A stretch of 64,000 bases of DNA, taken from the NCBI GenBank assembly GCA_001662655.1, contig KV460240.1. The stretch is one strand, 5' to 3'. Below, piece after piece: positions 51,611 to 64,000 of this stretch. Source of the DNA: Pseudogymnoascus verrucosus. Its lineage: Eukaryota. The translations under genes were made by a program, and so were the position numbers. The notes below the pieces were generated by a model. It had not been told where the DNA came from. It did no database searches and saw only the letters and a program-made list of their open reading frames with translations. How positions within the stretch are numbered: position 1 is the first letter of the stretch; each line of letters starts with the position of its first letter.

Positions 51611-54600
51611 TTAAATGTCCTCAGGCTCAAACCCATCTTTGGCCAACACCTTCTCCAGCTGCTCAGAGACATAGTGGGCTACGTGCTTATTCACCTCATC
51701 CCGTTCCATCTCCCCTTCCCGATCAACCGAATTACGGACCGAGCCCGCGTCGCGTTCTGTGTGATCATCTCCATTGATGGAGGTATTAAAATCGCTTCGA
51801 GCTCCGATAGATCGGCTGGTCGACGAGCGGCGCATGGGCTTCGGCTTGAACGACTCCGGTTGTCCAATATGCCTTCCGAAAACGTCATCGAAGTAGTGCG
51901 CCATGCCTGTAGATGGCGTCCGGGGTGTTTGGGGAAGTCGACAGCTGACTCTGTATGGACATTAGTAAGAGTAGAATGAACAGAATATTTTGAAACTTAC
52001 CCAGTATCGTGGATCATCCTGGCAATGAGACCAGTCCATCCACACTGGTGCGTGGCTCCCAGCCCACGTCCACTGTCGCCATCGAAGAACTCATAAAACC
52101 AGAGGTTGTCCTTCCAGTAAGGGTCAAAGTCTAACTTATCGTCGCCGTCATTGATAGCACGTCTTCCATCGTCGCCGCGAGCAAACAAATGCTGAAGACG
52201 ATGCTGGATCTCTTCCGCCACATGGCCCAAATGCATGAATTCTCCAGAGCCAGTGGGGCATTCCACCTGGAGCGATTGGCCGTAGAACATGTAGAAACGC
52301 TGGAGAGATTCGACAAGCAAGAAGTTGACGCAGATCCAGATAGGTCCACGCCAGTTGCTGTTGCCTCCAAACAGTCCACTATCGGAGTCGCCTGGGATAT
52401 AGCTCACTTTGAATTCCTGTCCGTTGACTTCCATTGAGTAGGGATTCTTCTCATGAAATTTTGAGAGCGATCTAATTCCGTGATCTCCAAGGAATTCATC
52501 CTCATCCAGCATGCGCTTGAGGATCTTCTCAAGACGATCCTTGCTCACTAAAGAAAGCAGGATTCTATTGTCCTTTCCTCGCTTTCTGATGCTGGCCATA
52601 TTGCGCTCGGCGACATCGTGACGATTCTCAATAAACCAATCAACCCTCTTCTTGAAGTTAGGCAATTGATTGATGAGCTCGGGCTCTAGCGTCAGAGTTG
52701 CGTAGAGTGGAATCAATCCAACTAAGGATCGTACTGGGAGTTGTTGAGAATATGGCCCACCCCAGGAAATGGCATCGTAATAGAAGCCATCCTCTTCGTT
52801 CCAGAGTGATTGCTCCTCTGTTTGCCCGGGTTTGTACGTCATCGCATCACTGATGAGCATGAAGTGCTCGAAGAACTTAGATGCAATATCTTCGTAGATG
52901 CGACGATGCTTTGCAAGCTCCAAGGCAATGTTCAACATGCAGAGGCAGTAAAATGCCATCCAACCAGTGCTATCAGCCTGCTCAAGCACTCCTCCTGTCG
53001 GAAGCGGCTCTGAGCGGTTGAATAACCCAATGTTATCCAAACCGAGGAATCCACCCTCAAACACATTCTTTCCTTCCAGATCCTTTCGGTTCACCCACCA
53101 GGTAAAGTTAAGTAAGAGTTTCTGAAAGACACGCTCCAAGAAGTCCAAATCTTGCCTGCCGTACATCTTACGCTCAATCTTAAATGTGCGGAATGTAGCC
53201 CAGGCATGAACTGGGGGGTTTACATCGCCGAAATTCCACTCATAGGCAGGTAGTTGGCCATTCGGATGCATATACCACTCCCTCGTGAAAAGATCCAGTT
53301 GTTTCTTTGCGAAATCAGGGTCGATCATTGCCAGTGGGATGCAGTGAAACGCTGAGTCCCACGCGGCAAAGAAGGGGTACTCCCAAGAATCAGGCATGGA
53401 TAGAATATCATCGAGATGCATGTGCTTCCATTGCGTGTTCCGGACAGCCTTCCGCTCCGGAGGCGGTGGTGGAGATGACGGATCGCCGTTCGCCCACTGG
53501 TCCCAGATGAAATGGTAGAACTGCTTGGTCCACATCATACCGGAAAGCGCTTGCCTCTGGATGTTGCGAAGATCATCCGCCATTGGGAGCGGGCTGATGC
53601 GGTAGAAAAACTCATCAGTTTCCTCTCGTCGCTTTTCAATTATATCGTCGAATACCTCCTCGTCCAAGTATGCGTCATTCTTCTTGGAGAAGCGGAATCG
53701 AACAACAGCACACTCTCCTGGTGGCACTCCATCTCCCTCGTCGAACGCAAACCAGGCAGCGGCTTTGGTGCCAGTCTCCTTAGGGTTGATAGCGGCCTTT
53801 TCTCCATCAACAATATACCGATGAAACGCATCTTTGACATAAGGCTGTGGATTCTCAACATTATAGAGGTGCTCCCGATTTGTGTCGTTCTCCGTGAATA
53901 TTAATTCAGGTTGTATGTCTTGGCCACTTGGTCCAGTGCCTGGGGATGGCGATAATTGAAAGTACCGGTCACCGAGCTTGTAATGTTTGCTATGCACTGT
54001 TGATTCTCCTGACTTTTCGATTGACGGCTTCTTATCCTCAGACTCATGTCCCCACGCCCAAGTATTTCTGAACCACATGTGGGGGACAATGTGCAACGGC
54101 GCTGGGTCAGGGCCACGATTCCATGCTGTCACTCGGAAGAGGAGTTCGTCTGGATCATCGCTCTCTTTCGCGGTCTCGATGAATATATCCCAGTAGCGGT
54201 CTTCTTCAAATATTCCGGTATCTAGTAGTTGGTATTCTCTGTCTTGCTTGCCCCGGCGGGCATTCTCATCGATGAGATCTTTGTAGGGGAATGCCTTCTG
54301 TGGGTATTTGTATAGAAATTTCATGTACGAGTGCTAAAAAAGTCAACAGCGGCCAGTTTTTATGTACGATGACCATACTGTAGGGACATTGTCCAAGTGA
54401 AAATGAGCTTCCTTGATGCTTTCGCCATGGTTTCCCTGCGGGTTAGACAGGCCGAATAGTCGTTCTTTCAGAAAGTCACTGGCAACTGTTAGCTATATCC
54501 CTGGCAATAAAATAAACGGGCGCATACTCTTTCTCATTCCAAAATGCGAACGCGATGTTCTGGAAGCCGTGTGTATCTGAAACGCCTGCAATACCATCCT

Positions 54601-54911
54601 CTCCCCATCTGAAAGCCCTTGAGCGGGCGTCGTCGTGGGTGAAGTCTACAGACAATTAATTGCCATTGATTGAAGCTGGACACTGAACTTACGGCTCCAA
54701 GCATCGCCATCAGCACTGTAATCCTCACGAACTTCACGATGTTGTCAGCGGCGAGGTCCAATACGACGGAGGACGTGGGGTAAATACCAGTTGCCCATTG
54801 CCTTTCTGCGACGTACGGGCCCCATTTCTTCCAATACTTCGTTTTTTCCCGATCTTCCTTGAGACGCTTCTCTTCCGCAGACAGAAGGTCGACCTGGTCG
54901 ATGCGAACCAT
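51611..54911 (-). CDS. GH63-like (alpha/alpha)6 glucosidase, YMR196W-like
   Basis: [59 protein letters not shown]; several short introns. Confidence 0.92.
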
Positions 54912-55534
54912 TTGGGCAGTGAAGACTCAGAAAAGCCTTTCTGGTGTTTATGAATGAGAGAGGTGTATTTTTTTCAATGAGAAAGTTGAAGATACGGCTG
55001 GCCCCGCGTATGACAATAAGCCCACTATAGTGGCGTATTCAGCAGCTAGCAGTGTACCTCAGTACGCGTGAATTAATTAGCTATTTTATAGAAGGGATCG
55101 TTCAATTGGCTGGTAAATATCAAAACAGATCGTTCCAGCCAGCGCCGATGTCTGTACCACATGTATTCAACAATATTCCCGATGACGTATCTGCCAGATA
55201 AGGAAAACCGGGCACTTGTATAGTATAAGTACCAATGTACCCACTGAATGTAATATTTTGACGGGTAGAGTGTTCTGAACGGTTGATCACATGACTTCGT
55301 GCGCGCGCAGAGCGCGTCGGGCGCGTTGAACAAGCTTAAGCTTCCTGAACTATTCCAAACCTCAAGTCCAGCCTCGCTCACAACCCACACCTTGTCTATA
55401 GCTGACGATACAATTCTCGGCCCTCGCGATTAGTTGCAATTTAGCAATCTTTTGGCTGGCATATACAACTCCAGTATCTCAACAGACTTCATAGAATTGA
55501 CAGGGGAAGAACATCTCTTCGGCCGAGTAATACA

Positions 55535-56699
55535 ATGGCGCTTCTTGTGGACAAGCATCGTCCCCGCTCTCTCGACACATTGAGCTACCATGACGACCTT
55601 TCTGAGCGCCTTCGGTCCCTGGTATGCCGCTCAAACACCATCCCAACCCAGAGGCTCAGCTAACCTCAACCTTTCAGGCACAAAGCGGGGACTTCCCTCA
55701 TCTCTTGGTATATGGCCCATCCGGCGCGGGCAAGAAGACGAGGATAGTGGCTACTCTCAAAGAGCTCTTCGGCCCAGGAGTAGAGAAGATCAAGATCGAT
55801 TCTCGCGTTTTCCAAACCTCGTCAAACCGCAAACTCGAATTTAACATCGTAGCTTCTGTCTACCATCTCGAAATTACGCCCAGCGATGTTGGAAACTACG
55901 ATCGAGTCGTTGTCCAAGATCTGTTGAAAGAAGTAGCACAAACACAACAAGTCGATCAAAGTGCTAGGCAAAAATTCAAGGTTGTGGTCATCAACGAGGC
56001 GGACCACCTCACCAGAGATGCACAGGCGGCACTGAGAAGGACAATGGAGAAGTACAGTCCGAATCTGAGACTCATCCTCCTGGCAAACAGCACAGCGAAC
56101 ATTATTGCTCCGATTAGGTCAAGAACCTTACTCGTCAGAGTCGCAGCCCCAACTGTGGCCGAGATATGCGACGTGCTCGCCAAAACAGGCGCAAAAGAAG
56201 GCTGGCCGTTGGCAGAAGAATTAAATCTCAGAGTTGCACAAGAAAGCGGCAGGAACCTGCGGAGAGCACTACTCATGTTTGAAGCTGTGCACGCGCAAAA
56301 GTAAGATTGATGGCCCATCCTCAGATACACCGGGTGCTAATTCAACTCAGTGAAAAAGTCACAGACAAGACCCCCATCCCACCTCCAGATTGGGAAGCGT
56401 TGATCTCCTTGATTGCCGATGAAATCATGGCCGAGCACTCACCCGCACGAATCCTACAGGTTCGCGCGAAACTATACGACCTACTCACACATTGTATCCC
56501 GCCTACGACAATCCTCAAGACCCTTACCTTCAAATTGATCCCCAAAGTCGACGACGAGTTGAAGGCAGAGGTTATTATGTGGAGTGCGTTCTATGAACAT
56601 CGCGTCCGGATTGGGTCAAAGGTTATATTCCACCTGGAAGCATTTGTCACGAAGTTCATGAAGATACATGAGACTTGGCTCATGAGCATCGACTTTTAG
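55535..56699 (+). CDS. RFC5: Replication factor C subunit 5 (yeast naming)
   Basis: MALLVDKHRP, YGPSGAGKKTR, INEAD, ALRRTMEKY, IFHLEAF; two introns. Confidence 0.96.
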
Positions 56700-57107
56700 A
56701 TTGGGTGGTGGGAGAACGCCCTGACGCAAGGGATAAAACTGTGTGACTATTTTGGTTAGGGGGTTGGGGGGTTGGGGGAAGTGATGATAATGACTCTCAG
56801 GCATTGAGAATGGAGTTAACCTACGGATAGGGGCATGAGATTTCAACATGAAACTACTACGTCTTGCCACTCCTTTCGTAATACTTCCATGTTCATATGT
56901 GTGATCCGCCCACAACGAAAACATTACAGAATACAAAGATCACCATAGTAGCATCGAGCACGCACCAGTAGAATTTAATTTCTTTAGATTCTGATGAAAC
57001 CCGCTCTTCGTACAAAAAGCCCAACAAATGAATATCGCTCAAAAACTGCCCTATGGGCCACGCCAAAAAACTCCGCATCAAACGTCGTCTATAGCACCCA
57101 TCAATCA

Positions 57108-59364
57108 TTATAACATCATGCTCCTCCTCCTCGCCCCAAGCCTCTCAATCCCCTCCCCCTCCTTCGGCGGCACCTGCATACTCGAAGGCCGCTGCACTGT
57201 CTTCTCTCCATTCTTATACTCCTCCATCTTCGTAGCAGCTGCATCTCCCACCCCAACTCCAAGCGTAGATTGTCTCCGCCTCGTTGACTGTCGCCCCGCT
57301 GTCGTTAAGTCCAGCATATCCGTCGCGCTCTGACTCCGCGAAACTCTTTGTTTCTGCGGATCTTCATTATTGCGGCGGGTCCGGGATTCTCGTGGGGGCG
57401 ACCCAGAGAACTCGTAGATGTCTAGGTCGGCCATCCTTTTCTCCATCTTCTTGAATGCCGATGCAACTGGATCCCTATCCGACAGCTCTGTCTTAGGCTT
57501 CCGATTCGCTGACATTAATGCGGCTATGGCCGCCCCTGAACCTGACTTGGCCTCTTCATCCCCGCTGTTGGTGTGTAGTTGCGAGCTTCGGCGCTTGCGC
57601 TGCGGTATTTCTTGTATAGGGGCTACATCAGCCACCTTGCCGGAAAGTGGGCTATTGCTGTAAACACTGGCGTTTGAGGCGGTGGGAAGTTTGCTTTTCC
57701 AAGAAGCATCGTCACCTGTTCCAGGCTCTGGTTTGATCTTAACCGCCGTCAGTGGTTCGTCTTCAGCTGGGACACAGCTAGCACGACGGTATTTGCTTTC
57801 TCCTGAGACAGCATCGATCTGCCCCTCCGCTGGCCGCCTCATTTTATCACGTAAATTAGGCTCGGCGTAGTTAACACTAGCTCGAGCGCGTCTGCTTGGC
57901 CTATGGCCCTCTCCGCCCTGGCCGATTTCTTGCGGTGGAGGCGTGTCCCGAGATATCTGGCGAACAGTTGATGGTGCAGAGGAAGTTGGTGAGAATAAGT
58001 CTTCAAGAGCCGCAGGTGTTTCTGGCTCCGGGATTGTCTCAACAGATGGCATGGCGACGACAGGGTCGACTTGTGCGGGTATGACAATCCTTGGTTCATT
58101 TCGACTGCGTGGGCGTTCTTTCCCTTTAATTCCAGCGATCTTCCCTGGCAGAGAGGAATCGTCTCCCACTGGTGGCTTGGAGGGTTTCTTGGGAGAATTC
58201 GCGATGTCCGTGTTCGATGTTTTTGGTCCAAGTGCCTTCCTTGGAGGCCCTGATGCAACTATTGGAGCACTGGCCTGGACGTTTGATGCAGCCTTATCTC
58301 TGGTTTTGGCCCGAGCCAGTGCAACCTCTCTTTGGATTCTCGCGACAGGTTTCTCAGCAGGCGTAGATTCCTTCAACGGTTGTGACTTATCTACAGCCGT
58401 TCTCCTGCTGTGCCTCGAATCTTCCGGTGCGATTGAAACTGGTCTTGCTTCTCTTTCGTCTTCTACGTCGTCACTGACGTTGAATTTCCTCTTCGCACCA
58501 CTCTTCGTGGGCTGAACAGACTCCTTCTTCTCGCATGGTGCCGCATCGTTCTTGACCGGCCGTTCATGATCTGGTATGCCGCTCATATCCTTTCTCTTGC
58601 GCCTTTGTTCCAGGTTTACTGGCAGTGTTGGACCAAAGTCGGCCACTTCTTCCACATCTGTTTTCGAACTAGTAGGAAGATCTATCTTGACAGGATCTTC
58701 ATTCATAAAATGCGACACAGGTGGTGGCCCAATATCAGGCGAATCACTGATTCCGGGTATTGGGTCGGAGAGAATTTCTGTAATTTCCTGCGCGCTTTGA
58801 ACTTGTTAGATCATGTTTGTATCAATGAGGAGGGTGCATACTCTAATGTCCGTCTTGGATAGTGTTTGTTTTCTACTATCGCCGGTAGTCGCCCTTCCTG
58901 CTCGGCAAGTGCATCCATCATTTGCCCTCGTTCTTCTGTGTTCCTCCGTTTGGCCTTTGGAACCTTGGTGCCAGCTGAGGACCTTCTTGGCTCCTTCACA
59001 GGCCGGTCCAGCTTTGCAACCAAAGCCATAATGTCCTGTAATTTGGCATCGAGTTCCGACCTGACTTCCCCAACATGGCTAATAAAATTCCGTGAGCGGT
59101 TTGGTTGTGTCTCCTGGGTTATAATCTGTCCACGAAGATTCAGGTTCTCTGCCAGAAGGCGGGACACTTCAGTTTCGAGATTGCGAATTCGCACTGCCTG
59201 GATCGAGTTCACACGAGCAATATCCTTGTTTTGTCGTATATATTTTCGCCGTACTAAAATCACAGAGTCAGTTGATGTCCTGCACAAAGATAGACACCAT
59301 GAAATTGGAACTCACAAAGCTCAACAGGATCAGCAGGCGCAGATGCCTCGTTCAAACGCGCCAT
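57108..59364 (-). CDS. SGO1: Shugoshin
   Basis: MARLNE..., N-terminal coiled coil RQNKDIARVNS...IRNLE, and SGO motif RRARASVNYAEPNLRDKMRRP. Confidence 0.92.
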
Positions 59365-59767
59365 GGTTGTTTCTCATGCGGCAAAGGAATACCATCCACA
59401 GATTATGGCGCTTGGCAATATATCCAAGATATGAGTGGCAGAGGTGCTGGTTTGAAAGCAAGCAAGAGAGTTGAAGCTGTCGTTGTAATTATGAGGTTTT
59501 TTGTCATGGACCAGCTTTGATGTTTACACAAAGGCTCGAAGTGGCTAGACGAATCCCCTGTTGCTAGAGTGTACTAGCGCGGGCCATGGCGGGATACTGC
59601 CGACCTGACAGATAGAACCCCACCCATAGACAAAATATACCACAGTACCATTGTCGCCCATTGAACAATTAGAAGGTCCACTTGCTACCTTTGTGCCAGT
59701 CTACAATATCTAAGATATTTTACTTTGATACAGAGAATCTTCTGGGGACAAGCCCAGAAGCGCCACG

Positions 59768-60309
59768 ATGTCCTACCCCTCACGACCCCTCCCATCACAC
59801 TTGCGACAAGCGTCCGCCTCAAACAATGGAAATTCGTTGCAAGGACAGTCTCCTGTTCTACTTGCGCGCATCAACGAGAAACGGCAGGAACTTGAGAATC
59901 TGAAAGAGCTGAGAGATCTCAGTGCTGGCCTGGCTGGGCAAATGACCGTTCTGGAGGAGAAGCTTGCAACCCTGTCTAATGGCACTGAAGGTAGGATACA
60001 ACATGATTTGATCCGGCTTCAAAGCTATACTGACAAACCCGTAGCTGTTGCGATGGTATTAGGCAACTGGCATAATGTTCTCAGGGCGATAAGCATGGCA
60101 TCAAGTAAGTATATATCCTACAGTAGAAAGGCTCCCACTGACGCGCCGCAGCGAAAATACCGATGCCTAAGGACTCCCAAAACTACGAAGAAGAACGAGA
60201 TGAGGATGTACCTCTGCCACAAACCCTTGTCAGGATTCCCACAGAGCAGGCTCCGTTAATACAGCAACACGAGGAGGCAGCGAGAGAAGCTATCAATGAG
60301 GACCAATAA
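59768..60309 (+). CDS. DAD2: DASH/Dam1 complex subunit Dad2
   Basis: ARINEKRQELENLKELRDLS...LSNGTE|AVAMVLGNW.NV.RAI.MAS|...PLPQTLVRIP; two introns. Confidence 0.92.
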
Positions 60310-60605
60310 GGGTTGGAATAACACTGGATTGTACAACGCTGGGTTTGGGTTATACATATGACTGATGAGATAATGAGGCTGGTGCAGGATATGGAGTCAG
60401 GCGTAGGGTTTGGTAGGCTGGTACTGCTGGAAATACATGGTATGGGCAAGTCCATAGTAGGCTTGTTGCCACAGATATGGCGCTTAGTTTCAGCGCACCC
60501 ACGAGAGGTCGTGAGAGCGTGAGCATCTATGGAATAAATCGAGTTTCCACTTAACTGTACATTACCATGAGTCACTGGAGGCTGGAAGATTGAAACACAC
60601 GTTTT

Positions 60606-60682
60606 GTCGCGTCGCATTTTCCTAGAAACGCGAAATCGCGTCAGCGTTTCCGCGTCTATTATTCGTTGCTGTAGTGACGCGT
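60606..60682. promoter_or_regulatory. Cluster of MCB/SCB-like elements
   Basis: CGCGTC x3, ACGCGAAA and ACGCGT within ~80 bp, about 300 bp upstream of the ATG at 60965. Confidence 0.6.
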
Positions 60683-60964
60683 TGGTGTACTTTTCGATTT
60701 ACTCAAGGCCATCGCGACCCGATTCTCATATGAATAGATACCTTCCCCGCCAACCCGTAAGCATACCTCGAATTCTCCAAAACGACCAAATCACACAAAC
60801 GGCACTGTTCATCCATTTCCCCCTGCTTAGCAGAAGGATTATTCACATTTCATAGACACTGTCTTGAAGTGTTGTCTTTTTAGTTACTGAGCCAAGCCTC
60901 AGGCGCACCACAAACCAAAACAACATTACTGCGTGTCTCAAGCGCATCAGTCGCAAGCGCAGCC

Positions 60965-63265
60965 ATGGCACGAGTTACAAGGTCCACGAAAATTACAATC
61001 TCAGAGGATGAAACCAGCCAGTCCATACCCCAGACCCAGCATATTCCGTCAGCCGAAGCACGGGCTCCTTTACAAGAGATTAGCAACACCACCGAAGAGA
61101 TTGTGAGCCTCGAAGACGCCCAGATCGCCGACGAAGAGAAGATACTCAAAGCCGCGTTTAAGACAGCAATTGGCATCAAGAAGAAGAATAAACGAACGAA
61201 GAGTAAGAGGAATGTCGACCAGGAGCAACACCGCAACGACGAAGTTATCCCAGACGATCAACCAGCATCCTTGTCACCCGCCGCGGCCGCAACCCGCGCA
61301 CTTCTGCGATCCGACTCAGGGCCCATTGCGCAAATCCGCGACGAACTGCAAGCAACACATCTAGGAGGATCAGAACAAGACCCAATGGCAATTGACGCGC
61401 CCAATCCGACTACTACATTCACAGGGCGACTTACGCGCAGTCAAATGAAAGGTGTACAGCCAGGTCAGTATAACTACAATTCTTATGCCAATTATGGCAC
61501 GTTTGCGCCGGCGGTTCCCAGTGCTCCCCATTTTCATTACGGCTATTCTAAGTATCATACGGGCCATGTTTCGCCAGGCAAATCGATCCCTCCCGCTCTC
61601 GGGTGGCCTGTTCCACGTTGGCTTCCTTACCGTTATGGCGATCCAATATCCCAATATACTAACACGGACTATCGCGTAGTGGGGCAGGAACAGGCTTATT
61701 CCTATAGTGGACCCAAAATATCCGAATATATAGACGGGGATGGAGATGTTGCGATGGGAGGCGCCACTCGAGGCTCTGCCTTGCATATTGAGGACATCGA
61801 CGAATGCGCCAGAGACATAACACCTGAGCCAAAATCTTCGCATGACGACTCGTTCGTCGAGCATATTGTGGGCCGCTCTCCTGCGAAGCCAGTGTCCCGA
61901 CGCCTCTCGGTGGAGGAGATGGTGGCCCTCCACTCATCTGCTAAGTCTTCCCCAAGAATCGAAGACTCAGTGGATGAGTTGGATAGATTTGAGGAAACTA
62001 TCATTCGATCGCCTGCCAAGCCTGTCTCGCGCATCGAGGATTCTGTCGAGGAGCTAGACTTATTGGAAGACATCATGGAAGCACTCACAGAGGCCGCGAG
62101 GGCCCAGGAGCTCGCGTCTCCAGTGAAGTCTAGAAAGGCAACACCTGCTATACTGAAATCTTCTCGTCCACCTACTTTGTCGCCAGCTTTAAGGCCTACT
62201 CCTGTCAAGGCTAAAACCATCGGGGTTCGAGAAGGAAAGGCTCTGATGAATGAGATGTTGGCGAAGAAAGCTGCCTCGGGAACGTCGACTGTCCGCTCAA
62301 AACAAGTCGCCGCGAAGAAAAGCGTACTGCCACCCACCTCAACACGTTCTGCCTCGGCCGAGCCAAAGCCTGCCGCACCTATCACCAAGCGGCCAGCAGC
62401 CAAGCGTCCGGTCAGCCTCATGCCTCCAAAGGAGCCAATCAAGTCTACCAAAGCCCCAACGCGCTCGACATTTGAGCTTCCTGGTGAAGCCATCTCGCGG
62501 AAGCTGAAAGAGCAACGCGAAGCACGCATTGCTCAGCGCCAGTCAAGCGTCTCCTCGGACTCGACGCCACCAATCGTTTCCGCCAAGGCAATGGCACCGA
62601 AGGTCAAGTCAACAAAGGCCCCAACTAGACCTACCTTTGAGCTTCCGGGCGAGGCCCTCTCTCGCAAGAAGCGTGAGGCTCACGAGGCACGCCTAAAGGC
62701 GCAAGAGGAGGAGGAAAAGAAGCGCAGGGAGTTCAAGGCGAAGCCTGTTCGCAGGAGCATCGCCCCGAGTATGCAGCCAAGGCAGACAGCCGCCAGTCTG
62801 GCGCGAAGGAGTATAATGAACCCCGACGACGCCGGAGAGGGGTTGGTGGTGTCGAAGCGACGCTCAGTCATTGGCGTACCTCGTCCGTCACTCACAGCCC
62901 AGAACCTTGCCAATTCATCTGCCCCACGCACGCGTGTGACTGCCCAAGGCGGTGGCCACATGACGGCTACGGCAATGAGCGATGCGTCTCAACGCTCGTC
63001 ATCTGGGGTCCCATCATTGGTACCAAAGCTGAGTGGAAGGGATATATATAAGCGTGATGCGAGAGCGCTGGAAGGTGCGGAGAGGGAGAGAAAGGAGAAA
63101 GAAGCTGCTGCGAAGAAGGCCAGAGAGGAGGCAGCTGAGAAAGGCAGACAGGCGAGTAGGGAGTGGGCAGCGAAACAGAGGAGGAAGATGATGGAGGGCA
63201 AGATTCCCGATGAGGGTCTCAGTGCTGGGTATGGACCCGGTGGGCAACTGGGCTTGAAGGGCTAG
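60965..63265 (+). CDS. Basic, repeat-containing protein, putative TPX2-like microtubule-associated protein
   Basis: 766-aa ORF with duplicated KSTKAPTR.TFELPGEA.SRK, EFKAKP motif, many SP/TP sites and a C-terminal charged helix. Probable in-frame intron 61464-61679. Confidence 0.75.
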   Translation: MARVTRSTKITISEDETSQSIPQTQHIPSAEARAPLQEISNTTEEIVSLEDAQIADEEKILKAAFKTAIGIKKKNKRTKSKRNVDQEQHRNDEVIPDDQPASLSPAAAATRALLRSDSGPIAQIRDELQATHLGGSEQDPMAIDAPNPTTTFTGRLTRSQMKGVQPGQYNYNSYANYGTFAPAVPSAPHFHYGYSKYHTGHVSPGKSIPPALGWPVPRWLPYRYGDPISQYTNTDYRVVGQEQAYSYSGPKISEYIDGDGDVAMGGATRGSALHIEDIDECARDITPEPKSSHDDSFVEHIVGRSPAKPVSRRLSVEEMVALHSSAKSSPRIEDSVDELDRFEETIIRSPAKPVSRIEDSVEELDLLEDIMEALTEAARAQELASPVKSRKATPAILKSSRPPTLSPALRPTPVKAKTIGVREGKALMNEMLAKKAASGTSTVRSKQVAAKKSVLPPTSTRSASAEPKPAAPITKRPAAKRPVSLMPPKEPIKSTKAPTRSTFELPGEAISRKLKEQREARIAQRQSSVSSDSTPPIVSAKAMAPKVKSTKAPTRPTFELPGEALSRKKREAHEARLKAQEEEEKKRREFKAKPVRRSIAPSMQPRQTAASLARRSIMNPDDAGEGLVVSKRRSVIGVPRPSLTAQNLANSSAPRTRVTAQGGGHMTATAMSDASQRSSSGVPSLVPKLSGRDIYKRDARALEGAERERKEKEAAAKKAREEAAEKGRQASREWAAKQRRKMMEGKIPDEGLSAGYGPGGQLGLKG

Positions 63266-64000
63266 GTGTGGAGTAACTGTATGAATGATGTCGACAGGTT
63301 GTGGGTGACGAGACGGGAGTGTGTTTTTGTTAAACACCATGTTTTGATTTACTTTGCTTGCTGACAGTCAGATTGGGGAGCACAAGTCGATGTATGGTCG
63401 GCTTGGGAGGGATCAATCGATCATTGCTTGTGAGTTGAGGATGATTACTCGCTCGTTTTATACATATGTTTCATTTGTTGGCGCGGCGAGTTGGGAAGCG
63501 TGTATTATTGGGGAGAGCGGGATTGAGTCTGGCGTCAGCTGACAGCGTGTATTATTGAATGATTATTAGTGAAAGAATTGACTGAATGGAACAATTGAAA
63601 ACAAGTTTAGCTATGGAGTGAATGCTGAATGAAGACAAATATATATCAAAAGCAAAAGGGTTTCCCATATTGTAATATGACATTAAGATGAAAGATGACT
63701 TGGCATGATAATGCCTGGACTGTTCTGCCGTCGATAGCCCCCCCTGCCAGATCTGTATGTACCCTTGTACCGCCACATTGCATACCACGCCTTAATCCCT
63801 GTCCCCTCTCCTTAAACCTTTTCCCGACACGATTCTTCCAGACCACCGTCCTCTGAAGTTCAACCAGGCTACAGAGTATCGTCGTCGTCGTCGAGTATAT
63901 TGCCTGCACTGGAGTATTTTGCATATTGCATCTCCCCCACGATCGTTTTCACCGAGACAACTCGAGCAACAATCCGATACCCCGAGACAACACCGACCGA

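Overview
Gene-dense, intron-containing DNA from a filamentous ascomycete. It has GT-AG introns with CTAAC/CTGAC branch points; a Leotiomycete such as Pseudogymnoascus is my unverified impression. About 22 protein-coding genes are supported. Left part: possible HAUS4-like gene (truncated by the window edge), an atypical protein kinase, a variant Zn2Cys6 transcription factor, a TauD/clavaminate-synthase-like dioxygenase, a gluconokinase-like kinase, mitochondrial aspartate aminotransferase, nicotinamide riboside kinase, a type II membrane protein, a small SET protein, a WDR62/MAPKBP1-like WD40 protein and alanine-glyoxylate aminotransferase. Right part: two orphan genes, MGS1, a CBM1-GH10 xylanase, a KH protein, RVB1, an HMG-box factor, a GH63-like glucosidase, RFC5, shugoshin, DAD2 and a TPX2-like protein. 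Most interesting: (1) a co-oriented kinase / Zn-cluster TF / Fe-2OG dioxygenase module with repeat-rich promoters; (2) an SGO1-DAD2-TPX2-like spindle-gene neighbourhood with CGCG-rich promoters; (3) 3-, 5- and 10-nt microexons; (4) nested targeting signals in the AGX1 N-terminal extension; (5) a tRNA-derived SINE-like relic; (6) a recurring C-rich-then-G-rich block architecture. All calls come from manual reading; no searches were run.
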